From Octopus vulgaris (taxonomy: Eukaryota): a stretch of 64,000 bases of DNA. Where the stretch lies: NCBI GenBank assembly GCA_951406725.2, contig OX597816.1, positions 63,612,001 to 63,676,000 on the forward strand. The letters are read 5' to 3'. The position numbers were made by a program, and so were the translations under genes. Shown here piece by piece: positions 29,568-40,074 of this stretch. Numbering within the stretch: the first letter of the stretch is position 1; each line of letters begins with the position of its first letter. The notes under the pieces were generated by a model. It was not told the DNA's origin, made no database searches, and saw only the letters and a program-made list of their open reading frames with translations.

Positions 29568-30078
29568 CGAGGGGGTGCTGAAAAGTTCATAGGTTGTTTA
29601 TGAAGGAGTGATGCCAGAACTGTGAAAACTTGCATGCATTAGTTTCAATTCTTATTAGTAAGTGCACTGCTTCTTCCCAGGTAAACTGGCATCCGACAGT
29701 TCAAAAAAGAATTCAGAAGTAACTAGTAGGGACCTTTCTTGAAAATGGACAAAATTTAGCATCGTGGTGCTATCATGTACAAGCAGAAAAAAGGTTTAGC
29801 CCCCAAGGACATTCATGGTGCAATGTTTTCTACATTAGGGGCAGTTGAATTTAGGGCAAGAAGAGGGTCTTGAAGATGACCCCAGGTCTGGACTCCAGCA
29901 ATTGCAGTCACCGAGGAAAAGCATTGATCGTGTTCGCCACATGACAATGGAGAACAGGCGATTGACTATAAATCAAATAGCCAATGCTATCAACATATCC
30001 CGTGAGAGAGTTGAGTATATTCAGCACAATGAACTTGGCATAACGAAGCTTTTTGATCGCTAGGTTCTACGTCTTCTC
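29568..30078 (+). mobile_element. Mariner-type transposon 5' fragment, decayed
   Basis: TA|CGAGGGGGTGCTGAAAAGTT terminus; N-terminal HTH peptide LEDDPRSG...ENRRLTINQIANAINIS.ERV..I.HNELG. Confidence 0.8.
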
Positions 30079-30628
30079 CCTTTTTCTCGTCATGGCGTCT
30101 TATATTTCCTCAGGTCTCACTCTAACCACTACATTTTTAGAGATTTCTTAGAAAGCCAGGTCTCTAGAACTTTCTCTGTACCTATTTTTTATCTTTAGTT
30201 ATAGCTCTTGGACTTATTCACGTTGCACATCAACCAGATTGCTTTCATCGCTGTCTGATAGTCTGCGAATTCCACGCGCATAATGCTTTATTCCAGAAAA
30301 ATCAATAAAAATAAAATATTTATTTTGTTGTGACAAAGGATTAAGTTTTGTCATTAGGAACTAAAACTGGCTTTCAAACACGCTTAGATTCAAGTTTACA
30401 CATGCCTGTATTTGCCTTAAATATTTTTTTCTGCTATAGGTTCAATGCTTGAAATTTGGAGAGGAGGAGCTAGGCGGTTCCACCAATCCAAGTGCTCAAC
30501 TAATAATTATATCATGGAACGCGAAAGGATGAAAGGAAAAGTCTATCTCGGCGGCATTTGAAGTCGGAACGTGTAGACGGATGAAATACCGCTAAGCATC
30601 AAACAAACACGGCGTGCAAACGATTCTG

Positions 30629-31916
30629 ATTTCTTTATTACCTAGGACAGGCTGACAAAGATAAGAAACAAACTACACATTTGGGACATAATAGACCCCC
30701 CCCCAAAAAAAAAACGTATGATAAAAATGAGAGGGTGAAAATGAAAGATGAAAGTGATGTTACCCGCCCCATCGGATAACATCACTTACCTGTCCTCTTC
30801 TTATAGTCTTCCGAACAATACATAGTCCCATATTTTCACCCCGTACCGTTTTTCTAGTTCTTTTTTCTTGTCCGAGTCTATATCCTTTCTTATTAACGCA
30901 AAAACATTGGCCAGTTCATTTACAAGTTCTTTCACTTGTTTTCCCGTTAAAAGCACATCAATACACCCCTCCTCATCCCTTTTACGAGTTCCTTCGTTGG
31001 CTCCTTCGCTGGTGGAGGGCAGTTAGCTCTTATGTGGCCTTTCAGGCTGCATTTAAAACATCGAGGGGCTTTGCCCTCCACCCATGCTCGTAGATTTATG
31101 TCTCCCAACATGATTACTTCTGTTAAGCGCTCAAGGACTTCAGTTTCCACTTGGACGCTCATCTCCAATATTCTCCCCTTCCAGTTGCCTTCATCCGTAA
31201 TTGTGGCCTGAATTATATTTACCTTATCCACATTGTCAACGAGGATGGCTGCCACTACCCATTCAGCTTCTATGTCAAGCGGGAATCCTTCCACCCTGAT
31301 CCTGGTCGTCTTCCTTCTCAGATACGAGGGCAGAAGGAATACTTTTTCTCTTTTAATAGTCCTTGCTGCCATCCTCCTAGCGACTACCTCCGAATCGAAC
31401 TGTACAACGACAGTACCGTACCTATTCCTTCTTGTCAGGAATATTACCTTTTCTGCTGTTGTCCGTAATGTCTCCTCCACGGTTTCCATTCCAAATGTTT
31501 CCATTTTTCTTTTATCAGTTGCAAACTTGTACGTGATGGTTTTCCTTTCAAAATTTTTTATCGTTTTCCTTGGCAGAGACAACTCCACGTCACCACCGCC
31601 TACCTTCTTCATCCATTTTTGGTCGTCCGGTAACTTCGCAAGGTCAACCTCTTTGCTTGTTGGCTTCATTACTCCTGCCTAATTCATTTTTTCCTTCCAA
31701 CGCCATATCCATTCTGTTGATTGCTCTCGCCAGTTCCTCCTCCGAAGTCGACAGGTCTGACTCACTGAGGTCAGAATACCTGTTCTTCCTTGCCATTAAA
31801 CGAGAAAAAAACAAAACCCACCACCGCTGCGACCAGCAAAAATCCAAAACAGTTACACAAAAACAAATATAACCTTTAACCATTCAACCTACACAGACGA
31901 AAGAAAAAAAAACGTG
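30629..31916 (-). mobile_element. ORF1-only non-LTR retroelement (Tx1/L1-type ORF1, HAL1-like) inserted in a SINE B head
   Basis: About 1.29 kb; roughly 32-35-bp duplicated target at 30594-30628 and 31917-31948; no endonuclease or RT; 3' end GGTAATAAAGAAAT. Confidence 0.75.
30947..31796 (-). pseudogene. Retroelement ORF1/gag-like protein with CCHC zinc knuckle, frameshifted near 31680
   Basis: RRM-like IRVEGFPLDIEAEWVVAAI and WVEGKAPRCFKCSLKGHIRANCP (CX2CX4HX4C); the N-terminus MARKNRY... is in another frame from ATG 31796. Confidence 0.8.
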
Positions 31917-32139
31917 AAGCATCAAACACGGCATTGCAAACGATTATGTCAGCTTGCCGTCTTATTTGTTTTAAATAAGGCAACTGAAAATGTTGAAATC
32001 GTAGTCTTGCTTGCAGAAATTTTTTAATAAAAGTCATCAGCGATTAAACTCTAGACGTTGGCGTGCTGTCGAATTGAACCCAGTTTGCCTTCGATTCTTT
32101 ATCTTCTGACATAAAAATCATTTTAAAAGGTCGTGTGAT

Positions 32140-32230
32140 TTGCATTTCATATAAAACGGTTATTATTTAATAAGAAATGTAAATGACACAGAATTTTAGA
32201 ATAATTGTTTTGATGTCACGTGATCAAGAA
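32140..32230 (+). promoter_or_regulatory. Possible promoter elements upstream of the 939-aa ORF (TATA-like CATATAAAA; extended E-box GTCACGTGAT)
   Basis: Motifs at about 32148 and 32215-32224, 100-180 bp before the ATG; short motifs can occur by chance. Confidence 0.25.
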
Positions 32231-32329
32231 TAGAAAGCAAAATGCATAGTTTTTACGTGTAAGTAGTAGTGTAAGTGATACGATTAAAACATTCAAATTA
32301 AATCCTAACTGGCAGAAAAGAAAAGGAGA

Positions 32330-35149
32330 ATGGCAGAAGAAGTCGGCGCAAAGGTTTTAGATAAAGAATTAACGATTCATTTAAAGCGAATCACAACTGA
32401 AGATTTCAAACGTAAGCAGATATCATCTGTTGAAATTGAAAACGAACCTGTTGCTAAGAAAGTTAAAATGGACAAAGAAAAATCAAGCCATTTTGTGATT
32501 GAAAGTACTAAACCGGTCCTCCTTGAAAATACTTCTGATGAAATGTCGATGGAAGTGACTAGTGAAGAACACGTAGAAAATTCTGAAATTAGAGAATCTG
32601 AGCCATCTGTTACAGGAAAAGGTCTTTCCTCTGAAAGTGTTTCGTTGAATCGTTCTATTGCGAACACTTTAAAAGACGATGATAGCTTGCAGGTAATCGA
32701 TCCAGTTTTTGCCGAGAAAAGTGTAACGAAAGGAGAAGTCGCGGAAAATATTGCTACATCATCTCCGCATATTAAAGAAAGTGACCAGAAAAATGTGCTT
32801 CATACATCTGAGAAAGAAGTATCAAAAAGTTGTGAAGCAGACAGATGTTCTGCTAAATCGGAAGACCTGGAAACAGATGGAAGTTCAAAAGGCTCTGAAA
32901 AGGCGTACGGCTCGCTTGTTAAATCCTGTAAAGACGCAGCAGAAGCAATACAGAATGATGCCAAAGCTATGGAAGAGAACGCTGGTGCTATGCCCGTAGA
33001 AGAGAAATCCACAAGAGATAATGTCGTCACATGTGAGGAAGAGAATAATGGCAGCGAAAGTTCTAAGCTCGTGAATGACGAGACCGACAGATACGCCAAA
33101 GTTCTAAATGAGAAATCCGCCAACAACGATGACAGGCCTGTAGATAAGGAAGATACCGGAGATAATTCTGAGTTCATGCAGAAGAAAATTGCGTGCGATA
33201 ATCTGAAAACTATGGGTAAGGTGACCGTTAGCGACAGTGCCAAAACTATGGAGGAAGAAAGTGTGAGCGACAATACTAGACCCATGGATGGAAAATGTAC
33301 AGACAAGACACAACTCGTGGCTGAAGACGGTACGGGCGACAAGACCAACCCCATGGATGAAGACTGTAAGGGCGACAAGACCAACCCCATGGATGAAGAC
33401 TGTAAGGGCGACAAGACCAACCCCATGGATGAGGACTGTAAGGGTGACAAGACCAACCCTATGGATGAGGACTGTAAGGGTGACAAGACCAACCCCATGG
33501 ATGAGGACTGTAAGGGTGACAAGACCAACCCCATGGATGAGGACTGTAAGGGTGACAAGACCAACCCCATGGATGAGGACTGTAAGGGTGACAAGACCAA
33601 CCCCATGGATGAGGACTGTAAGGGTGACAAGACCAACCCCATGGATGAGGACTGTAAGGGCGACAAGACCAACCCCATGGATGAGGACTGTAAGGGTGAC
33701 AAGACCAACCCCATGGATGAGGACTGTAAGGGCGACAAGACCAGCCCCTTGGATGAAGGTACGAGCGACAAGACAAAATCCGTGGATGAAGGTACGAGCG
33801 ACAAGACAAAATCCGTGGATGAAGGTACGAGCGACAAGACAAAATCCGTGGATGAAGGTACGAGCGACAAGACAAAATCCGTGGATGAAGGTACGAGCGA
33901 CAAGACAAAATCCGTGGATGAAGGTACGAGCGACAAGACAAAATCCGTGGATGAAGGTACGAGCGACAAGACAAAATCCGTGGATGAAGGTACGAGCGAC
34001 AAGACAAAATCCGTGGATGAAGGTACGAGCGACAAGACAAAATCCGTGGATGAAGGTATGAGCGACAAGACAAAATCCGTGGATGAAGGTACGAGCGACA
34101 AGACAAAATCCGTGGATGAAGGTACGAGCGACAAGACAAAATCCGTGGATGAAGGTACGAGCGACAAGACAAAATCCGTGGATGAAGGTACGAGCGACAA
34201 GACAAAATCCGTGGATGAAGGTACGAGCGACAAGACAAAATCCGTGGATGAAGGTACGAGCGACAAGACAAAATCCGTGGATGAAGGTACGAGCGACAAG
34301 ACAAAATCCGTGGATGAAGGTACGAGCGACAAGACAAAATCCGTGGATGAAGGTACGAGCGACAAGACAAAATCCGTGGATGAAGGTACGAGCGACAAGA
34401 CAAAATCCGTGGATGAAGGTACGAGCGACAAGACAAAATCCGTGGATGAAGGTACGAGCGACAAGACAAAATCCGTGGATGAAGGTACGAGCGACAAGAC
34501 AAAATCCGTGGATGAAGGTACGAGCGACAAGACAAAATCCGTGGATGAAGGTACGAGCGACAAGACAAAATCCGTGGATGAAGGTACGAGCGACAAGACA
34601 AAATCCGTGGATGAAGGTACGAGCGACAAGACAAAATCCGTGGATGAAGGTACAAGCGACAAGACCAACCCCATGGATGAAGACGGTACGAGTGACAAGA
34701 CAAAACCTGTGGATAGTGCCAACGGCAAAGCTAAATGTATGGCTGTGGAGGTTTCTAGCGATGATTCCAATTCTATGAATGTGGAATCTATCAGCGACGA
34801 TTCCCAAAAAATGAATGTGGAGTCTATCGGCGACGATTCCCAAAAAATGAACGTGGAGTCTATCAGCGACGATTCCCAAAAAATGAACGTGGAGTCTATC
34901 AGCGACGATTCCCAGAAAATGAACGTGGAGTCTATCAGCGACGATTCCCAGAAAATGAACGTGGAGTCTATCAGCGACGATTCCCAGAAAATGAACGTGG
35001 AGTCTATCAGCGACGATTCCCAAAAAATGAACGTGGAGTCTATCAGCGACGATTCCCAAAAAACGAACGTGGAGTCTATCAGCGACGATTCCCAAAACAT
35101 GAATGTGGAGCCTGCTAGCGATGTAGAGGCTGCCTGCAATGATTCCTAG
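32330..35149 (+). CDS. 939-aa acidic tandem-repeat, probably disordered nuclear protein of unknown family
   Basis: About 335 unique open codons precede the arrays; AGAATGG start context; NLS-like PVAKKVK; repeat units of 36, 33 and 36 bp all keep frame; variation between units is mostly synonymous. Confidence 0.8.
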   Translation: MAEEVGAKVLDKELTIHLKRITTEDFKRKQISSVEIENEPVAKKVKMDKEKSSHFVIESTKPVLLENTSDEMSMEVTSEEHVENSEIRESEPSVTGKGLSSESVSLNRSIANTLKDDDSLQVIDPVFAEKSVTKGEVAENIATSSPHIKESDQKNVLHTSEKEVSKSCEADRCSAKSEDLETDGSSKGSEKAYGSLVKSCKDAAEAIQNDAKAMEENAGAMPVEEKSTRDNVVTCEEENNGSESSKLVNDETDRYAKVLNEKSANNDDRPVDKEDTGDNSEFMQKKIACDNLKTMGKVTVSDSAKTMEEESVSDNTRPMDGKCTDKTQLVAEDGTGDKTNPMDEDCKGDKTNPMDEDCKGDKTNPMDEDCKGDKTNPMDEDCKGDKTNPMDEDCKGDKTNPMDEDCKGDKTNPMDEDCKGDKTNPMDEDCKGDKTNPMDEDCKGDKTNPMDEDCKGDKTNPMDEDCKGDKTSPLDEGTSDKTKSVDEGTSDKTKSVDEGTSDKTKSVDEGTSDKTKSVDEGTSDKTKSVDEGTSDKTKSVDEGTSDKTKSVDEGTSDKTKSVDEGTSDKTKSVDEGMSDKTKSVDEGTSDKTKSVDEGTSDKTKSVDEGTSDKTKSVDEGTSDKTKSVDEGTSDKTKSVDEGTSDKTKSVDEGTSDKTKSVDEGTSDKTKSVDEGTSDKTKSVDEGTSDKTKSVDEGTSDKTKSVDEGTSDKTKSVDEGTSDKTKSVDEGTSDKTKSVDEGTSDKTKSVDEGTSDKTKSVDEGTSDKTKSVDEGTSDKTNPMDEDGTSDKTKPVDSANGKAKCMAVEVSSDDSNSMNVESISDDSQKMNVESIGDDSQKMNVESISDDSQKMNVESISDDSQKMNVESISDDSQKMNVESISDDSQKMNVESISDDSQKMNVESISDDSQKTNVESISDDSQNMNVEPASDVEAACNDS
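33335..33730 (+). repeat. Coding minisatellite, 36 bp x 11 (GDKTNPMDEDCK)
   Basis: Direct count; only synonymous variants (GAA/GAG, GGC/GGT, CCC/CCT). Confidence 0.95.
33752..34642 (+). repeat. Coding minisatellite, 33 bp x 27 (DEGTSDKTKSV)
   Basis: Direct count; one variant unit (ACG>ATG near 34058). Confidence 0.95.
34775..35098 (+). repeat. Coding minisatellite, 36 bp x 9 (MNVESISDDSQK)
   Basis: Direct count. Confidence 0.95.
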
Positions 35150-36638
35150 CAGATAGATGAGAAAACCGCTCGCAGTAATGCTAACACTCTGTGTGATAAG
35201 ACTGCCGGCAATAACGCCAAACCTATAAATGTGAAGACGGCCAGCGATAGTGCGAAAGGTATAGACGAGGAGGTTACTAGTGACAGTGCCAAACCCAGGG
35301 AGGAAAAATCCTTCAGAGAAGGTAATAAACTCGAATAGAACATTACTGAGGCCTTCTAAATATTGAATGAAAACCCAATTAAGATCATTGCACCGCTGTC
35401 GTCAAATGCCTGAAAGCAGTTCGATATACAACCACTGATATTCCTAAATCCAAGGAAAGCTTTTGAAATGTGCTAGAAATGAACGTGTTCATTATTGGTT
35501 AACATAATAAAAATCCCCAAATCGTTTTCTCTGAAATCTAGAGGTCTCTAAACCCGTGCTGTTTTCAACAATGTCAGACTATAGATACAAATGCTAATCT
35601 AAGCGGACAACCCTATCAAAATAATCAATCGGGTGGCAATTTTCACAATTGAAGGTACCGAACACGTACTACGAATTTACTATTTTAATTTAGAAGCTTC
35701 GAAATCATGATAAATAAAATCAATCTGAGGGTTGTGAAGATTTTTTTTTTTTAGGTTCTAATCCCTTTTCCATTTATATACAAGTCAAATAAAATCTTTC
35801 CCACGTAATTGATGCTTATGGCTTTCATGAAAAACTAGTTCTAAAAATATGAAGAAAATATTTTATTAGTTGATTCCCTTTCTCATTGTTTTCTGATTAT
35901 GAACTTCACGCGTAAAACATTTTTAATGTTTTTACAGCTAACGTTGCCACAATCATTATTGTATAAAACCTTTGTTTTTGAAGATATTTTGCTATCTCAC
36001 TCTTTTTTTAGTTTATCGATTTTTTTTCCCCCGTTATTATTTGAAATATTAAAATTATTTGTCTGCTTTAAATTGTTTTCATTTTCTCATTTTTAACTTG
36101 ACTAGAAAACTCTTATTCCGGCTAGTTTAGTCACTTTTTTTTCTTTAACAGATGATTTATACTTGAAAAGCTAATAGAAATTAATTGTTCCACTACGCAC
36201 TTAAATTGCTTTAAATTCATCACTGGTTTGTTAGTCAAACCGTTGCTACTTAAAACCTCTGTGCCACTTTAGTTACTTTCTCACTAAAGTGATGTATTCT
36301 CTATAGTAATGTAACTTTATAAATAACTAAATTCGACTTTACATCAATGCGGTATTGCTTACAAAAGATGTACTAAAGTGATATAATATGGAAAATTTGA
36401 ACTATGAAATACGACTAAAATATTTGCAGTTAAAATCTGCAGGAACTACAGTTTGAAATATTTACGTCAATCTTTGAAATTTTCACTCTTTCTGACATTT
36501 GATATAATATACATGTAAATTATAAATTTACGATTCTGTATTAAGCGCATTTTGGTTAAATGTTTGACGCTATTCGGAATGTTTTAGACTTTCAATGTTG
36601 TGTTTGTATATATAATATTCTGTAATTTTTTTCATATA

Positions 36639-36897
36639 GGCGTAGGAGTGGCAAGTGGCTTGCTTACGAACTACATGGTTCCGGGTTCAGTCCCACTGCG
36701 TGGCACCTTGGGCAAGTGTCTTCTACTATAGCCTCTGGCCAACCAAAGCCTTGTGAGTGGATTTGGTAGACGGAAACTGAAAGAAACCTGTCGTATATAT
36801 ACTAGGCTTACAAAGAATAAGTCCTGGGGTCGATTTGCTCGACTAAAGGCGGTGCTCCAGCATGGCCACAGTCAAATGACTGAAACAAGTAAAAGAG
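36639..36897 (+). mobile_element. SINE family A with internal deletion
   Basis: Jumps from CGTATATAT to ACTAGGCTTAC. Confidence 0.88.
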
Positions 36898-36905
36898 CGA
36901 GCCTT

Positions 36906-36948
<43 letters not shown>

Positions 36949-37121
36949 TGAATTAGATATATTGAAGACTAAACAAAATCATGTTCATCTTCCTACATAT
37001 GTGGTGAACAATTTATTCTTTCTGAGTGCATGAACTCTTTTTGTTCGTGTTTCTAACTACCCACACACTGAGGAAGCTTAGCACAGTCATTTTCTTTCCA
37101 AAACTGCTTTTAAATATCAAA

Positions 37122-37946
37122 TACGAGGTGTTACCCAAAAGTCTCCGGACTAGTTCTGTAGCGCACTAACAGATGACGGCACATGGTTGCGTGTGCAGTG
37201 AGAGCTAGCATTAACCTTCATGAAGTAATGTGCCGAGTGACATTACTGTTTACTTAGTAAGTTGTAAAATTTGTTTTTGTGATCATTTATGCTGATCAGG
37301 AACAAAGAACCAACGTGAAATTTTGCGTTAAACTTGAGCATACTTCGGCAAGATTACAGCGGCGAGACAATAGGCCGTACACAATGTTTCGAGTGGCACG
37401 AGGGATTTTAAAGGCAGCAGAACATTCCTGGAAGACCTGTCACGAACGTAACCACCGGAAATGTGGAATTGTGCATCGAGAATTTGTTCCCCAGAGCCAG
37501 ACATCCATTCAAGAGTTCTACTGCGATATTGAAGTGTTTCAAGAACATTCGGCGAAAGTGACTGTATCTAATGAGCGCGAAGAACTGGATTCTCCACCGA
37601 GCTCTCATCACTCGTGAGTTTCTCACCAAAAGCATGGTATTGCTTCTGCACCAACTCTATTCACCAGTTTTAGCACCTGCGGACTTTCTTTTCTTCCCCA
37701 CGATCGAAATGAAACTCAAAGGTCGCTGTTTTAACACCGTTGTTGAGATCCAGAGCGAATCGCGGATCCTCGACGACTCGCTTATGGTAAACGATTTCCA
37801 AGCCGGATTCCCAAAGTGGCAGGAACGCGAGGACCGGTGTAATTGCTATGCAAGGTGACTCTTTCGAAGGAGATGTTAAAACTTAGGTAAATAAGTTTTT
37901 TTTATTAAACATAACTCGTCCAAGAACCTTTTGATACCATTTCATA
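37122..37946 (+). mobile_element. Internally deleted mariner element
   Basis: Degenerate TIRs TACGAGGTGTTACCCAAAAGT / ACCTTTTGATACCATTTCATA; peptides EQRTNVKFCVKL, GIVHREFVP and YSPVLAPADF. Confidence 0.85.
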
Positions 37947-38169
37947 TCACTTATGCTTTTGACAAATTAAACCTCTGACCTAGCTAATTTGATTATTTCT
38001 GAAGTCATCCTTGAATCTCTCTATATATGTATGTATATATATGTATGTGTGTGTGTGTGTGTGTGTATATTTCAAAATGTGACCGAGTGTATATCGTTGT
38101 TTTTTTTTTTTTTTTTTCTTTTTTTTTCCCCCTCCGTCTTCCCTTCTTTGGATCTTTCCTTTTTACTAT

Positions 38170-38204
38170 GTTTCTGACGAAGAGCTCCGCTCGAAACGTT
38201 AAAC
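38170..38204 (+). ncRNA. Minimal type I hammerhead ribozyme (Penelope-type), inside a terminal-repeat remnant at about 38075-38300
   Basis: GTTT-CTGACGA-A-GAGC(TCC)GCTC-GAA-ACGT-T-AAAC: intact CUGANGA/GAAA core, stems I and II, palindromic stem III. Confidence 0.7.
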
Positions 38205-38790
38205 TCTCCTTCTTTCCTGAGCGTCCAATAATACTATACTTGTTCCACGTCTTCGCGTTGTTGTGTTTTCTCTTTGTGTTTTCATGTTTGGATTAACTAA
38301 TATATATATATTGTTTTCTATATATTTGCGAAACTTGTTGTTCCCCTCAGTAATTCTATTTCCTTAGCACAGTTCGAAATAAGCTACATTGCTCACTATT
38401 GTTGGCTATAGAATAAAATTTATTTTATTGATGCTTATAACCAGTTTATTAAGACGAGAAAAATGACTTGCATCGTGCTCAATTACCTGGACTCCTGTTT
38501 TGAAATGGAATAAGTGGAAATTGAAAAATCAAATCGGGGGAGGTTTAGCTTAAATTCGAAATTTTTATCATGACTATTTCCACAGCCAGCAATGTTTTAA
38601 AAACTAACGTCAGCAAGGTTCTACTCTACACACGATTGAAGGGGAGAATAGATACGGCCAATTCAAATATCCATCAGTTATGGCTCATGTTCAATATGTT
38701 ACTTTCAGAAATATATATTAGTGACAGAGGCGGTATTAATATCGAGAGATGACATAAACGTAGATGTTCTTTCTATTAAGAACATGCTAA

Positions 38791-38995
38791 ACTCTCTTTA
38801 CTCTCTTTTACTTGTTTCAGTCATTTGACTGCGACCATGCTGGAGCACCGCCTTTAGTCGAGCAAATCGAACCCAGGACTTATTCTTTGTAAGCCCAGTA
38901 CTTATTCTATCGGTATCTTTTGCCGAACCGCTAAATGACGGGGACGTAAACACACCAGCATCGGTTATCAAGCAATGCTAGGGGGACAGACACAC

Positions 38996-39045
<50 letters not shown>

Positions 39046-39204
39046 GACAGGCTTCTTTCAGTTTCCGTCTACCAAATTCACTCACAAGGCATTGGTCAGC
39101 CCGAGGTTATAGCAGACACTTGCCCAAGATGCCACGCAGTGGGACTGAACCCGGAACCATGTGGTTGGTAAGCAAGCCACTTACCACACAGCCACTCCTG
39201 CACC
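38791..39204 (-). mobile_element. SINE family A
   Basis: Full-length family match. Confidence 0.9.
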
Positions 39205-39296
39205 TATGTGATAGAAACGCTCATATTGGTGTTTGGGGCAAAATGCACTCTTGTCTAAAAGTGCATTTTGCACCAATATGAGATGTTTCTCACATA
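39205..39296. other. 92-nt imperfect inverted repeat (hairpin)
   Basis: Outer arms TATGTGATAGAAACGCTCATATTGGTG / CACCAATATGAGATGTTTCTCACATA; inner arms GCAAAATGCACT / AGTGCATTTTGC. Confidence 0.8.
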
Positions 39297-40074
39297 TCTA
39301 CCGCAGTATAGTTTGTTTTTAACATCCACATTTAAGTGTGGATTAATGTTACTTCCAGAGTTTATATCTAAATCGGTTATTCAAATAAATCTGAAATGAC
39401 ATTAAGTTTATGTTCATCTCCAATTACGAAATTGTATTGTTTAGAAAATCTCTTCTCTTCCCATATTAGAAATATTTAAACTTGCTTATAAAGCACGACT
39501 GTATGACATTAAGAGTTATAAACCGATGTTTGCAGTATATTTGGTCAGGTTAAATTTTAGCGAACGGAATTTACTTCAAGACACTGTCATGAAAATAAAT
39601 ACGAAGCTGTTTACTTTAGCTTACCTGAAACTCTTGAGGGATATTAGTATATAGAAACAACCGATTATTTCGCACTTTCTCGGCTTATTCAATCATTATT
39701 TCTTGTAACGGTTCTGAATTATTGTTGTTACACTAAAACTCTACAATTTTCCCTGAAATGTCTGCATTTCAAGCATTCGACAATGATCACTGTTCGTATT
39801 GGTCTTGTTAGCCGTGACAAACACTTATTTAACCAAACGCACTCATTCCCCCTTTCTTTGCATTTTAAAAAAAAGTATTTAATATTTACTATATAGTTTA
39901 ACATTAAACATTTGCTATTTTCTTTGAAATGTTCCAGCTTTGGCAGAAAATGCTGTGTTGCTATAACATTTCCCAAAGTCTTTATCAAATATTTCAAAAG
40001 CAATAGGTTTACAGAACTGTTACAGATAACTTAAATGCGTATAGAAGGAAGGTTCTGTAAGTTAATGGTTTTAT

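Noticed and set aside
32800-35139. Long antisense and alternate-frame ORFs (779, 663, 414, 257 and 231 aa)
   Set aside because: They are shadows of stop-free coding minisatellites; unit variation is synonymous in the 939-aa frame.
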